A stretch of DNA of 57,951 bases from Candidatus Heimdallarchaeota archaeon (GTDB lineage: Archaea > Asgardarchaeota > Heimdallarchaeia > Heimdallarchaeales > Heimdallarchaeaceae). This document shows positions 1 through 10,535 of the stretch, one piece after another. The notes under the pieces are model-generated. The model did no database searches. It had not been told where the DNA came from and worked only from the letters and a program-made list of their open reading frames with translations. The stretch lies in assembly GCA_019057375.1 (NCBI GenBank), contig DXJF01000149.1, positions 1 through 57,951 of the forward strand, read 5' to 3'. Made by a program: the position numbers and the translations under genes. The first letter of the stretch is position 1; every line of letters begins with the position of its first letter.

Positions 1-553
1 CAATCGTATGTTTCGTTATAGCCAATCCCGTTAGTTTTTCATACAATAGAACTGAAAAGCTTATTTTTTCAGCGGAAGCCTTCTTTTTCATTGTCACATA
101 ATCTCTACTAACAATAGCTTTTATCCAAGCATCAATTTCTTCCTCCAAGAATATTACATCATCTAATGGGTTCCAAGATCCTTTGTCCACTTGATTTCCT
201 TCAGCATCCAAAGAACCACTTGTATCAACTACATGAAGAAGAACATCAGCTTGTCTTAATTCATCTAAGAACTTGTTACCTAAACCTCTTCCTTCAGAAG
301 CTCCGGGTACTAGTCCTGCTACATCTAAAAACTGAACGGGGAGATATCTAATTCCATCCTTACATAGAGAGTTTTTTGGATTATCGTCAACACCTAAATC
401 TTTACAGACACAAGGACTTCTTACATAAGCAGTTCCTCTGTTTGGATCTACGGTTGTAAAAGGATAATCCCCTACTTTCGCATTAACCATTGTAAGGGCA
501 TTAAGAAATGTACTTTTTCCACAACTAGGTTTACCAACTATTCCAACTAACAT
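1..553 (-). CDS. ychF: Archaeal YchF/Obg-family P-loop NTPase, 5' part only (runs off window start)
   Basis: Manual translation from ATG at 553: MLVGIVGKPSCGKSTFLNALTMVNAKVGDYPFTTVDPNRG...CVCKDLGVDDNPKNSLC. G1 and G2 (YPFTT) motifs and the archaeal Cys-rich insert are present. Not in the ORF track. Confidence 0.9.
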   Translation of the reverse strand, partial: MLVGIVGKPSCGKSTFLNALTMVNAKVGDYPFTTVDPNRGTAYVRSPCVCKDLGVDDNPKNSLCKDGIRYLPVQFLDVAGLVPGASEGRGLGNKFLDELRQADVLLHVVDTSGSLDAEGNQVDKGSWNPLDDVIFLEEEIDAWIKAIVSRDYVTMKKKASAEKISFSVLLYEKLTGLAITKHTI

Positions 554-670
554 TATTATTAAAGTTACTTCTAAAAATAAAGACTTTTTGTATAAGAAGT
601 ATTTTTTGAATAAACCGGCAATATGCTACATAATCTCAATCTTTTTTAGGGTACTAAAGTTCAATGAATT

Positions 671-1024
671 ATGTCTGAAAGAAAAGGATCCAGAGATGAT
701 GGAGACAATAAAGAAGATTTCCAAAGTCACTTTCCAGGTCTATATAGGGAGATAATGGAAGGAGAGGACAGAATCCAAGAAGAGGAAATAAGAACTTCCG
801 CTGGATCCAAGAAAGTAAGAAAATTCAGAGGTCACACACCTGGTGTAATAGATTTTATATGTCGTTGTTCCACTGAAGAAGAAGCTTTAGAAATAATAGA
901 ATACATGTTTAAGAAAGGCGATGTTTCAGAAGGACATGCAAATGAGTTAAGAAAACAACTTAAAGAAAAAGGTTTAGAGTTTTTTGGTGAACATCGAAAG
1001 CCAGGTCATTATGAAAGAGCTTGA
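671..1024 (+). CDS. DUF2095-like conserved archaeal protein
   Basis: PGVIDFICRCSTEEEALEIIEYM...GHYER resembles the DUF2095 pattern. Confidence 0.65.
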   Translation: MSERKGSRDDGDNKEDFQSHFPGLYREIMEGEDRIQEEEIRTSAGSKKVRKFRGHTPGVIDFICRCSTEEEALEIIEYMFKKGDVSEGHANELRKQLKEKGLEFFGEHRKPGHYERA

Positions 1025-1044
1025 AAAAAAAGAGAGAAGGGATA

Positions 1045-2259
1045 TCATTCTTTCTTATAAGCGATTTCTCCATCTATTAATACGAGTTCATTTTCTGCAA
1101 AGAAATTCTCCAAAGGATGATCAGACCAAATAACTAAATCTGCATCTTTTCCAATATCAAGACTTCCTAAACGATCACTTATTCCGATCATTTCTGCTGC
1201 ATTAATTGTTATGGCTTTTAATGCTTCATTAACAGGAAGTCCTTCCTTAATAGCCATGCAAGGGAGTATCTGGAAATGTTTAAGGCGAGTAAAGGAATCA
1301 CTTTGGATTGAGATTTTGACACCAGCTTTCCACAATTTAGCCGGGGTTTCAAAACTAATATTACGAAGTTCAACTTTTTCAAAACCAACAAGAGAAGGTC
1401 CTACAGAAACAGGAACACCTTTCTTTGCAATATAGTCAGCAATTTTATGTCCTTCAGTAGCATGAACAAGCATGAGTTCTATATCAAATTCTTCAGCTAA
1501 ACGAATGGCAGTTACTATGTCGTTTGCTTGATGACAATGAAAATTCAAGGGCATTTCCTTTTTCAAAACCTTTAGGAGCATTTCATTGTTTAAATCTCTA
1601 TCTGGTTCTGAGGGTATCTTATCTAATTCCTCTTTTTCTTCTGCTTGCTTTTTCTTTAGTTTGTACTCTTCCCATTTCTTTCCGTAGTTTTGAGCATCTA
1701 CAAAGGCTTTCCTGAACACAGCAGCTGTCCCCATCCTTGTTGATGGTAGTTTTTTATCTGTTCCATAAACTCTTTTTGGATTCTCTCCTAGAGCTGCTTT
1801 CATAGATGATGGTGTTTTAACTATCATATCATCTACTATCTTGCTCTTACAGTATGTTTTGATTATAGTATCAGTTCCACCAATAACATTACCACTTCCA
1901 GGTCCTGTTTGAATTGTTGTAACTCCACCAATTCTGGCTTCTTCTAAACCAGGATCTTCAGGATTAATTGCGTCTAGTGCTCTAACATGGGCTGTGTTTG
2001 GGTCTGTCATTTCATTACCATCAAATCCTGCCCAACCAATACTACCATCAAACAAACCTTGATGAGTATGAGCATCAATGAATCCTGGGAAAACATGTTT
2101 TCCTTCTGCATCAATTATTTCATAGCCTTCTGGTATAGAAGAATCTCCTTCCAAAACGTTCTCTATTTTACTATTTTTGATTAAAATAGTACCCTTTTCT
2201 ATGATTTTTTCTTCTTTATTTACGGTATATATCTTACCATTAACAATTGCGTAATTCAT
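1045..2259 (-). CDS. Amidohydrolase superfamily metallo-hydrolase (imidazolonepropionase-like)
   Basis: PGFIDAHTH (HxH), HCHQA, HATEG, G.L..GKDADLVIW. Confidence 0.85.
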   Translation of the reverse strand: MNYAIVNGKIYTVNKEEKIIEKGTILIKNSKIENVLEGDSSIPEGYEIIDAEGKHVFPGFIDAHTHQGLFDGSIGWAGFDGNEMTDPNTAHVRALDAINPEDPGLEEARIGGVTTIQTGPGSGNVIGGTDTIIKTYCKSKIVDDMIVKTPSSMKAALGENPKRVYGTDKKLPSTRMGTAAVFRKAFVDAQNYGKKWEEYKLKKKQAEEKEELDKIPSEPDRDLNNEMLLKVLKKEMPLNFHCHQANDIVTAIRLAEEFDIELMLVHATEGHKIADYIAKKGVPVSVGPSLVGFEKVELRNISFETPAKLWKAGVKISIQSDSFTRLKHFQILPCMAIKEGLPVNEALKAITINAAEMIGISDRLGSLDIGKDADLVIWSDHPLENFFAENELVLIDGEIAYKKE

Positions 2260-2366
2260 CTTAATTTTCTTCTTTCAAAGGAATTTTTAAACTGATTCAT
2301 TCGTATGTAGCTTTCCAAACCTCAAAGAGAGGAGGATTTAAAAATTAAATTATCTGTTTACCCTCA

Positions 2367-2708
2367 GTGAATATTATGACAACAGATCTAACAGAAAGAC
2401 TGAAAGAATTTAGTAAAGAAATGAAAGACTGGGATAAAAAGAAGACAAGTGTCTCTGGAGTAACTATAGTTAAACTACCTACAAAAGGTGATGATACTAA
2501 CTTTGGTTTAGAAATTATTCCTGTCAGAGATGATGGAACTCAACTCAAGCGTAAAGGATTATTTGTTACATCACTTGAACAATGGGAAGCATTTAAAGAA
2601 ATTTTTTCTAATCCTAAAGCTTTTGATCTTATTCAAAGCATTAACAATTTACGAGCTCCAAGGGCAGCAACTCCTGAAGAAGCAGAAGGAGAAGTTTTCG
2701 AAGTTTAA
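2367..2708 (+). CDS. Conserved archaeal hypothetical protein (start probably ATG 2376)
   Basis: 113-aa ORF with normal codon style, leading the operon with the nucleotidyltransferase; KDWDKKKTSVSGVTIVKLP-type N-terminus. Confidence 0.6.
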   Translation: MNIMTTDLTERLKEFSKEMKDWDKKKTSVSGVTIVKLPTKGDDTNFGLEIIPVRDDGTQLKRKGLFVTSLEQWEAFKEIFSNPKAFDLIQSINNLRAPRAATPEEAEGEVFEV

Positions 2709-2735
2709 CCACTTCACTAAAGGTGACAATAAAAG

Positions 2736-4037
2736 ATGAAGGTTGTTATATTAGCAGCAGGTGAAGGCATTAGATTAAAACCTTTAACCGATTCAATTCC
2801 AAAACCATTGTTGAAGGTTTTAGGAGAACCAATCTTAAAGAGATCAATTAATGGGTTTCTTAAATTTGGAATCAATTCATTTGTAATTGTCACCCACTTT
2901 ATGGAAGAAAAGATCAAGGATTATTTAGCAAAGGAATTTCCTACTATAGAATTTACTTTTCTTCATCAGGAAGAGATAAAGGGGACAGGGAATGCATTTC
3001 TTTTAGCAAAAAACGAAATTAAAGAGGATTTTTTCATTGGTGTTAATGGTGATTGTATATATTCTGAATCCCTTCTGGAACAGACAGTAAATGCTGCAAG
3101 GAATGGTTTTGTCTCATTAGGAGGGAAGCATACTAAAGAAACAGAGAATTTCGGAATTATTATAGTAGATGAAAAAGAAAAGCCCATCAAGATTATTGAA
3201 AAACCAACAAAAGAGGATGTTCCCGAGGGATATGCAAACATTGGTTTGTATTCTTTAAACAAAGATATATTCGAAATACTTGAAAATCAACACAAAAACA
3301 ATGAAATTTCTTCTAGAGGAGAATACGAGATTCCAGATGCTGTAAACTTCTTACTTACTAACAATAAGTTTCCAGCTAGTTTAGTGAAACTTAATGAGGA
3401 TGATTATTGGTTTGACTTAGGTCGTCCTTGGTCTCCGTTAGAAGCAAATGAATCTCTTTTATCAAAAATCCATGAATTACGTGAAGGGACAATCGAAGAA
3501 AATGTGCAAATCAAAGGTAATATTATTCTCAAAAAAGGAGCTGTTCTAAGAAGTGGGACTTATATCGAAGGTCCTGCGTTCTTTGATGAAAACGCAGATA
3601 TTGGACCTAACTGTTACATTCGAAAATTCTCTTTCTTTGGTAAAAAATCCAGAATTGGAAATGGTTGTGAGGTTAAAAATTCAGTAATAGGCAATAATAC
3701 ACACGTTGCTCATCTTTCCTACTTAGGTGATTCAATTATTGAAGATAATTGCAATCTAGGAGCAGGAACTCTTACAGCGAATTTACGCATAGACAAAAAA
3801 TCCATTCCTGTAACTGTAAAAGGAAAAAAAGAGGATAGCGGAAGGAGAAAATTAGGTGTAATAATTGGTGAGGGTGTGGAAACAGGTATTGGAGCTTTAC
3901 TAATGCCAGGAGTAAAAATTGGGAGTAACTCATGGATTGGTGCGGGAACAATAGTAAAGGAGGATGTTCCCCCAGAATCAATCTATTTTAGTACTCAAAA
4001 TTATACTGTAAAAAGGAAAAGAAAAGATGCAGATTAA
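2736..4037 (+). CDS. glmU: Bifunctional sugar-1-phosphate nucleotidylyltransferase/acetyltransferase (GlmU-like)
   Basis: LAAGEGIRLKPLT..PKPLL nucleotidyltransferase motif; C-terminal hexapeptide left-handed beta-helix repeats; HLSYLGDS. Confidence 0.88.
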   Translation: MKVVILAAGEGIRLKPLTDSIPKPLLKVLGEPILKRSINGFLKFGINSFVIVTHFMEEKIKDYLAKEFPTIEFTFLHQEEIKGTGNAFLLAKNEIKEDFFIGVNGDCIYSESLLEQTVNAARNGFVSLGGKHTKETENFGIIIVDEKEKPIKIIEKPTKEDVPEGYANIGLYSLNKDIFEILENQHKNNEISSRGEYEIPDAVNFLLTNNKFPASLVKLNEDDYWFDLGRPWSPLEANESLLSKIHELREGTIEENVQIKGNIILKKGAVLRSGTYIEGPAFFDENADIGPNCYIRKFSFFGKKSRIGNGCEVKNSVIGNNTHVAHLSYLGDSIIEDNCNLGAGTLTANLRIDKKSIPVTVKGKKEDSGRRKLGVIIGEGVETGIGALLMPGVKIGSNSWIGAGTIVKEDVPPESIYFSTQNYTVKRKRKDAD

Positions 4038-5640
4038 AGAACTGAATGCAATAAAGAAAAATTGGACCCACGAAAAAGTCAAAATCGGTTTAATTTATCC
4101 AAATACTTATCGAGTAGCTATGACAAGTTTGGGTGTTCAGTTACTATATTTTCTATTTAACGAAAGAGAGGAGATAATTTGTGAACGAATTTTCAAACCC
4201 CTTGATCATAAAATAGCCCCATATTCTCTGGAAAGCCAAAAGAAACTAGCAGATTTTGATATTCTAGCTATCTCGATTCAATTTGAGCAGGATTATATCC
4301 AAGCAATTGAGCTGTTGTTAAGAGGAGGAATAAATCCAGATGTTAGGCAAAGAAAAGAATCAGATCCACTTATTATTTTGGGGGGACCATCAGTCACTGC
4401 AAATCCTTTTCCAGTTATATTTGTAGGAGATATTTTTTTCTTAGGAGATATAGAACCAGTTAGTGAGGCATTCATATCGGCTTTAATGAATAATTATAAA
4501 AAAGAAAGAATAGAAGCGTTAGTTTCGGTTCCAGGAATTATAGCTTATGCTCACCATTTTTCAGAAAAAGGGGAATGGATAGGAGACAATGTAAAAAGTG
4601 TTAAGCTGAAAGATATTTCTAATTCATTCTTCCCAATTAAACAGATCATACCTGAGGGTGTTAAAGGCACTAAGAATGAACCTATTTTTGGTAAAGCATA
4701 CTATCTAGAAACAGATAGAGGATGTTCTGAAAGATGTAAATTCTGTTTTGTGGGTCATTGTAGATTTCCTAGAACATCCAGAAGTTTGGATAGTCTTATT
4801 GATATAATTGACCAAGCTAGTGAAGTAAATGATTTTGAAAAAATAGTACTTTACGGAAGTGCAATTGCTCAGTCTGGCATTCTTGATGAACTAATGGAAT
4901 ATATCGTAGCTAAGGGGTACGAAGTATCGTGCTCATCATTTAGAGCAGATTATCTCACAGAAAAATTACTGAAGACACTCAAAAAAGGAAAACAACGAAC
5001 TATAGCTCTTGCTCCTGAAACAGGAGACGAAAAACTCAGATTAGCTTTAAATAAAAGAATGAATGACGAAACCATTTTTTCAGCTCTTAAACTAGCTTGG
5101 GATGCAGGTTTTAGGAAATTAAAAATGTACATGATTTATGGATTCCCTTGCGAAGGAGAGGAAATAAAGGTTGCAACAAAGGATTTTGTGAGTACAATTA
5201 GAGAAAGATATTTCCCTACAGGCAAAATAGGCATTTCCATGAATCAATTCATCACAAAGGCACACACTCCTTTTCAGTATTCCGCCATGATAGGTGTTAA
5301 GGAATCTAAAGAAGAACAAAAGTGGTACAAAAGCAATTTATACCAAATCAAAAATATTGATTTATCTCTTTATGCGCCTGAGTGGTCAATAATTCAAAGG
5401 GTTTTGTCCTTACAAAATCACGAATATTACCCTGTTATTTATCAAATTGCACAAGGAAGAAATACAGTCGGTAGCTGGAAAGTAGCTTTAAGAGAAGTTG
5501 AAAGTAATCTAGAAAAAGAAGCTGAATGGAAATACAATGTAGATGAATCTCTTCCTTGGGAACACATTACACACACTTTAGAAAAGAAAACCCTTATTTC
5601 TTCTTATATGAAATATCTTGAGATAATGGACTGCAAATGA
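4027..5640 (+). CDS. Radical SAM protein with N-terminal B12-binding-like domain
   Basis: RGCSERCKFC (CxxxCxxC); YPNTYRVAMTSLG and LGGPSVTANP N-terminal motifs; LAPETG. Confidence 0.85.
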   Translation: MQIKELNAIKKNWTHEKVKIGLIYPNTYRVAMTSLGVQLLYFLFNEREEIICERIFKPLDHKIAPYSLESQKKLADFDILAISIQFEQDYIQAIELLLRGGINPDVRQRKESDPLIILGGPSVTANPFPVIFVGDIFFLGDIEPVSEAFISALMNNYKKERIEALVSVPGIIAYAHHFSEKGEWIGDNVKSVKLKDISNSFFPIKQIIPEGVKGTKNEPIFGKAYYLETDRGCSERCKFCFVGHCRFPRTSRSLDSLIDIIDQASEVNDFEKIVLYGSAIAQSGILDELMEYIVAKGYEVSCSSFRADYLTEKLLKTLKKGKQRTIALAPETGDEKLRLALNKRMNDETIFSALKLAWDAGFRKLKMYMIYGFPCEGEEIKVATKDFVSTIRERYFPTGKIGISMNQFITKAHTPFQYSAMIGVKESKEEQKWYKSNLYQIKNIDLSLYAPEWSIIQRVLSLQNHEYYPVIYQIAQGRNTVGSWKVALREVESNLEKEAEWKYNVDESLPWEHITHTLEKKTLISSYMKYLEIMDCK

Positions 5641-5641
5641 G

Positions 5642-6304
5642 ATGACCTCGCACTTTCCTCAAACTATTCAAGAATCTAAAGGTTTTCAAAAAAAAATAGC
5701 AAATGAAGTTATTTTAGAAGACATGTTTTCTGAAATTACAACGATAGGAGCTTTTGATATATCTTATAAGCAAGACAAAGCTTTCACGGCCGGTATTATT
5801 ATCGACAATGTAACTGAAGAAGTCTTGGAGGAAGAGGTTATTGTAAGCGAAATTCAATTTCCTTACATCCCAACCTTCTTATTTCTACGTGAAGTTCCTT
5901 CCTTCATCTCCTTATTATCAAAGATTTCGATCAAACCTGATTTAGTATTAATTGATGGCCATGGTATTGCTCATCCAAAAAACGCAGGTTCAGCTACAGT
6001 TTTTGGAGTATTAGCTAACATCCCTTCAATCGGTGTTGCAAAGAAACCCTTGAAATTCTTCGAATATAGATCATCTGAAGTCAAGTATTTAAAACAAGTT
6101 TTCTTAAATGATAAATTGGTAGGACACAGATATCAACCAAATACAAATTGGAATCCAGTTTTCATATCTCCAGGAAATATGGTTTCAATAAAATCCTCAT
6201 TTACACTTATTCAAAATCTTTTCAAAAGTCGTTTCAAATTGCCAACTCCACTACATAAAGCACATAACTTAGCTACAGAATTTAGAAATAAACATCACAT
6301 TTAG
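5642..6304 (+). CDS. nfi: Endonuclease V (deoxyinosine 3' endonuclease)
   Basis: GAFDISY, FPYIPTFLFLRE, LIDGHGIAHP, PSIGVAKK, PVFISPG. Confidence 0.9.
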   Translation: MTSHFPQTIQESKGFQKKIANEVILEDMFSEITTIGAFDISYKQDKAFTAGIIIDNVTEEVLEEEVIVSEIQFPYIPTFLFLREVPSFISLLSKISIKPDLVLIDGHGIAHPKNAGSATVFGVLANIPSIGVAKKPLKFFEYRSSEVKYLKQVFLNDKLVGHRYQPNTNWNPVFISPGNMVSIKSSFTLIQNLFKSRFKLPTPLHKAHNLATEFRNKHHI

Positions 6305-6808
6305 TTGAAGAATCAACTGCATTTTTTCTTTTTTATATCGCTGATTCAATTTCTCCCCTCAAGTTTTCATTATATCCTAATTCCTTATTGTGGCAAAAAA
6401 TTAAACATGCACAAAATACGTATTTTGAAAGCTAATTATCATTGTAATGTTACTTATTTATGGAAAACGCCCAAAATACTGATATTCATAAGTGTAGATA
6501 GAAACTGACCTTTTTTTATGTGTGAAAGAATAATATGTGCTCAAAATTTCTTTTGTTCTATGAAAAACATTAGATAAAGAGTAAAAAACATATACGGCTC
6601 AAAAACGGACTATTTTGGACTTTAAACACATTTGTGCAATTATTTAAACTTGTAGTTTTAAAACTGTTTTTTTTTGTAGTTTTTCTTTGTGGAGTTAAAA
6701 AAATGTGAAAACGGCTTTTAACTCAACAAATCGGTTTAACTTTGCCGAATTCATTTTAAATAACTTTAAAAAGGAAACTTGGCGAATATTGATTAAGCAA
6801 GCAAGGAA

Positions 6809-7063
6809 ATGGTTAATGTGGCTGTAGCTCTTGAAAATCCAAATTTAAGTCAAAATCTTCTAACAGGTTTACCCCCTAGCGCTGTTACAATTTATAAGAT
6901 AGTGATTGGTAAAGGTCCTATTACTAGTTGCGAAATAGTCGATTTATGCAGTTTAGCTCCAAGAACTGTTCGTCATGGACTAAAACTGTTAGTCAGAGCT
7001 GGTTTAATTCAAAAACTCCCTCACTTACTTGACATGAGATCATGTAAATTTTATGTTGATTAA
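6809..7063 (+). CDS. Small winged helix-turn-helix (MarR-like) regulator
   Basis: LPPSAVTIYKIV..KGPIT..EIVDLCSLAPRTVRHGLKLLVRAGLI...DMR: typical archaeal wHTH pattern. Confidence 0.75.
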   Translation: MVNVAVALENPNLSQNLLTGLPPSAVTIYKIVIGKGPITSCEIVDLCSLAPRTVRHGLKLLVRAGLIQKLPHLLDMRSCKFYVD

Positions 7064-7094
7064 AGCAAGCATAATTAATCTAATTGCTTTAATC
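7058..7094. terminator. 11-bp perfect inverted repeat between convergent genes
   Basis: gattaaagcaa (7058-7068) and ttgctttaatc (7084-7094), 15-nt spacer. Confidence 0.45.
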
Positions 7095-7127
7095 ATATTT
7101 ATTTTTAAGAAATAGTAGAAGATGACT

Positions 7128-9425
7128 TCATACCTCTACATCACTCGAATGGAATAAGACATCCCTATTAATTGCAGATTTAAAGAGACCTAGAAGTAAC
7201 TCATTTGAAGTTCTCACTGCTATAGGTACTGAATCTGCAGTTAAGAAAGCGAATACAGCTTCGTGATTGCCATCCAAAATTCCACAGTAGACATCTTTCT
7301 TATCATAGTGTTTCAGTTTCAATCCTGTAAACCTTTCTGAAAGCGGTCTAAGGATAGATTGATGTCTTTTGTCAAAATATGAAACTAATGTTACTCGCTG
7401 AGCTTTTGTGTATTGCATCATTTCTTTAAGAAGATCTTCATCAACATCTGGTGTAACAAGAAGGAGTTCATAATTAGACCTCATTGCAATGTCTGTAATA
7501 CCGGCTTTGATGGCTTCTTCTCCAACAATAATAGAAGTATCATGTTGTCCATCAAATGAATATGATGACGCAGCACCATCGATTTGCCTTAATTCATCTT
7601 CTCTTGTGTTAACAACTTGGTAGAAAGTCATTGCTTTTTCCAAAAGAGAATCCATTTGAGAATCTAATATTTCATCAACATCTTTTATTACAGCTGCAAC
7701 TTGAGATACTAGGGTGTTGATTTGGATCTCTTCGCCTTCTGAAATCTGTTCTATTATCTGTTCCTTTTGTTCATCCTTATATTCCTTAAGATGTTGTTTT
7801 AGTTCAGTTAGCTGCATAGCTAATTGATTTCGTTTTTCTTCTGATTTCTGCTGAAAATGATTTAAAGAATCTTGTATTTTTTCTTTTAATTCAAGTGCCA
7901 TTTTCTCTGAATCTTGTTTTGATTTGCTTAATTCTTTAATAGTATCATTTTGAATTTTATTAATAATCTGAGTTTTTTCGCTATCGTGAGACTGAAAATC
8001 TTTTAGAATTTGATCTTTAGTGGCATTTAGCTGATCCACGGTGTTTTGTTTTAACTTTTCTGTCACATCTGAACAAGAATCATATGAAGAGGTGGCATAC
8101 ACTTCTGTTTGATTTTGAAGCGCTTCCAAGAGATTCTTGGGGAGCAAATCAATCTTTTCTATAGTTGTATCAGTTAGTTCATTCTTCTTTGTTCGAATGG
8201 TTGTTTCTCCTGTTATCTGAAAATGGTCCAATTTAGAACGTAATGCTTCCCTAACTTCATTTAAGGATAAAACATGTTGATCTATCAATTGTAATCCACT
8301 CTCATTCAAATCATTAGCTAAGTTTCGAACGGTGTCTCTTGCATCTTGGAGAGGAACCTCAACTAACTTTTTCCCTTTACCCAATTTCATCATAGTAGAA
8401 CCTTCTAGACCGTTTAAAGCTTCAGCAATTTTTGAAGACAAAAAGTTTGTTTGCCTGTCGATTTGCTCAACACTTCTTCTAAGCTCTTGAGTCTGTTTAA
8501 TTTGGTCAGAGAAAATGTTATTTACTTCAGAAGAGAGTTCGTCGACAACTTTTTTCGACTCTAAGTTCCAAGCAGTATAAGATTCTTGCCAAATTCTATT
8601 ATAATTCTCGAGGAAAGATTCTTGAATTTCAGTCACATCATTAACAAGGTCTTTGAGTGCATTATCCAAATCTGGAGCTAGTTTTTCTAGAAATTCCTTA
8701 TGATTTTCTGTATGTGAACCTAAACCATTGTTAATAATCTGTGTTAGATTTTCAAAAGAACTTTGTATTTTTTCTTCAGTTGTTTGGACTAAAACATCAC
8801 TATTATGTTTTGCTGTATGATGAAACTGTTTTACAAAAGCATTAAGTTCTTGCACAAAAGTTTCCAACTGTGTAGAAAACAGGAAGGGCTGATCCATCAC
8901 TTTAGTCAAATACCCAGTTACTTCTTGTTCTGTTTCAGTTATGAAAGCAGAAGCTGAGTTTTCAGTTTGTTCGCTATGCTCAACATATTGTTGAAATAGC
9001 GCCTCGACTACTTGTTTAATTAAACCACTAACTACGTGAATGTCAAAAACAGAACCTTCACCAGTTAATTCTAATGTTCCCCCGAATTTGGTTTTCTTTT
9101 CTCTATACTCTTCCTTTGCACCCTTTAATGCTGTTATTACTCCATCTAAGGAGTATAAGGCGTCTTTTTCTATAATTATGTATTCTTTAAGAAAGGGGAG
9201 CATAGCAAAGTACTGAGGGGTTTTTCCTGCTGTTTTCTTCAAGAAACCCAATTCTTCCAAATTCTTAACTGATTGAATGAGAGTAAGGGGATCTAAACCT
9301 GTTACTACTAGTAATTCACCTATAGTTACTTTTCCTAACCCAAGTGTAGCAGAATACACTTTTATATCAATTTCATTAAAACCTATACGAGTTAATAGTG
9401 GGGGGAGTATCTCGATTCTTGACAT
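7128..9425 (-). CDS. TrmB-like N-terminal wHTH + about 500-aa helical/coiled-coil region + C-terminal alpha/beta (TrmB/PLD-like) domain
   Basis: N-terminal IGFNEIDIKVYSATLGLGKVTIGEL...LEELGFL..YFAMLP; long amphipathic Q/E/L-rich middle; C-terminal GEEAIKAGITDIAMRSNYELLLVTP. Confidence 0.65.
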   Translation of the reverse strand: MSRIEILPPLLTRIGFNEIDIKVYSATLGLGKVTIGELLVVTGLDPLTLIQSVKNLEELGFLKKTAGKTPQYFAMLPFLKEYIIIEKDALYSLDGVITALKGAKEEYREKKTKFGGTLELTGEGSVFDIHVVSGLIKQVVEALFQQYVEHSEQTENSASAFITETEQEVTGYLTKVMDQPFLFSTQLETFVQELNAFVKQFHHTAKHNSDVLVQTTEEKIQSSFENLTQIINNGLGSHTENHKEFLEKLAPDLDNALKDLVNDVTEIQESFLENYNRIWQESYTAWNLESKKVVDELSSEVNNIFSDQIKQTQELRRSVEQIDRQTNFLSSKIAEALNGLEGSTMMKLGKGKKLVEVPLQDARDTVRNLANDLNESGLQLIDQHVLSLNEVREALRSKLDHFQITGETTIRTKKNELTDTTIEKIDLLPKNLLEALQNQTEVYATSSYDSCSDVTEKLKQNTVDQLNATKDQILKDFQSHDSEKTQIINKIQNDTIKELSKSKQDSEKMALELKEKIQDSLNHFQQKSEEKRNQLAMQLTELKQHLKEYKDEQKEQIIEQISEGEEIQINTLVSQVAAVIKDVDEILDSQMDSLLEKAMTFYQVVNTREDELRQIDGAASSYSFDGQHDTSIIVGEEAIKAGITDIAMRSNYELLLVTPDVDEDLLKEMMQYTKAQRVTLVSYFDKRHQSILRPLSERFTGLKLKHYDKKDVYCGILDGNHEAVFAFLTADSVPIAVRTSNELLLGLFKSAINRDVLFHSSDVEV

Positions 9426-9549
9426 ATTATCAGCCTTTTTTTTAACTATAATATATTAGCATTAGTTTACTACATAAATTTTATTGCAGTAAAAAAATAA
9501 GTAATCTTGCTTAAAAAGAATATACAAAAGGCAACCTCGTTTTTATCGC

Positions 9550-10200
9550 TTAATCGATTTCCACTCCAGTTTTAGGACAATAAGATTGCAAAAGGCATTC
9601 GATACATTTGGGTTTTTGTGCTTTACAGATAGCTCTGCCATGTGAGATAAGTAGATGAGTAATTTTTCCCCATTTCTCTTGAGGAATTATTTCCATCAAA
9701 TCCCTTTCTATTTTGATAGGATCAATATTATTTGTCAAACCCAATCTGAAGGATATACGTTTTACGTGGGTATCAACGGCAATCCCCTCATGAATTTCAA
9801 ACCAATCATTTAGAAGAACATTAGCAGTTTTCCGACCTATCCCGGTTAAATTGGTTAATTCCTGCAAGGATGTTGGAATTTTAGAATCATACTTTTCAAT
9901 CAATTCTTTTGACATTTCATGAATGAATTTTGCTTTGTTCTTGTATAATCCAACTTTAGAAATATTTTGCTCAATTTCTATAATAGAAGCACTTGCAAAA
10001 GCTTGGGGGTCTGGAAAAGAGGAAAATAATTCCTTAGTAATAGAATTAACTTGTTTATCTGTGCTTTGTGCACTTAGAATAGTAGCAACTAACAACTGAT
10101 AAGGAGAAGTATAGTTAGTCAATCCACTCTTAAATGTAGGATAGTATTCCTCTAGTTTTTCTAAAAATAATAATGTTCTCTTTTTTAATGAAGTACTCAT
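9550..10200 (-). CDS. nth: Endonuclease III (HhH-GPD DNA glycosylase/AP lyase)
   Basis: LLVATILSAQSTD, LTGIGRKTANV, IAVDTHV, and the 4Fe-4S motif CKAQKPKCIECLLQSYC. ATG at 10200 preferred over the ORF-track start 10260. Confidence 0.93.
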   Translation of the reverse strand: MSTSLKKRTLLFLEKLEEYYPTFKSGLTNYTSPYQLLVATILSAQSTDKQVNSITKELFSSFPDPQAFASASIIEIEQNISKVGLYKNKAKFIHEMSKELIEKYDSKIPTSLQELTNLTGIGRKTANVLLNDWFEIHEGIAVDTHVKRISFRLGLTNNIDPIKIERDLMEIIPQEKWGKITHLLISHGRAICKAQKPKCIECLLQSYCPKTGVEID

Positions 10201-10535
10201 CAAAGAAGAAGAAGAGATATGTAATTTATATGTTTTCAAAAGACAGAAACTAACAATCACAGGTACAATTCTTGAAATAATTAAGAATTTAAAAAAATAG
10301 AATAAAAAATAGCATCAATCATCTTCATATAGTTCTCATTTCAGAGATCCATGTATTGAGGTATTTACCCTCCCCAAATATTAAAAAATAACTCCCTTTT
10401 TTCTTTTTCTTACCTAAGTCACAAGATTGCTGTAAATAGTGTTAGATATATCCAAGAAACATATACGCAAAGAAATATCAAATAGTTTAAATAGTATCCA
10501 AGACTATAAATAAATTGTATAAAGGGGAATATAGA

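Noticed and set aside
6305-6808. 500-bp AT-rich intergenic region as a replication origin
   Set aside because: No repeated ORB-like boxes and no cdc6/orc1 nearby; only a 12-bp palindrome (6654-6665). The 67-aa ORF here looks spurious.
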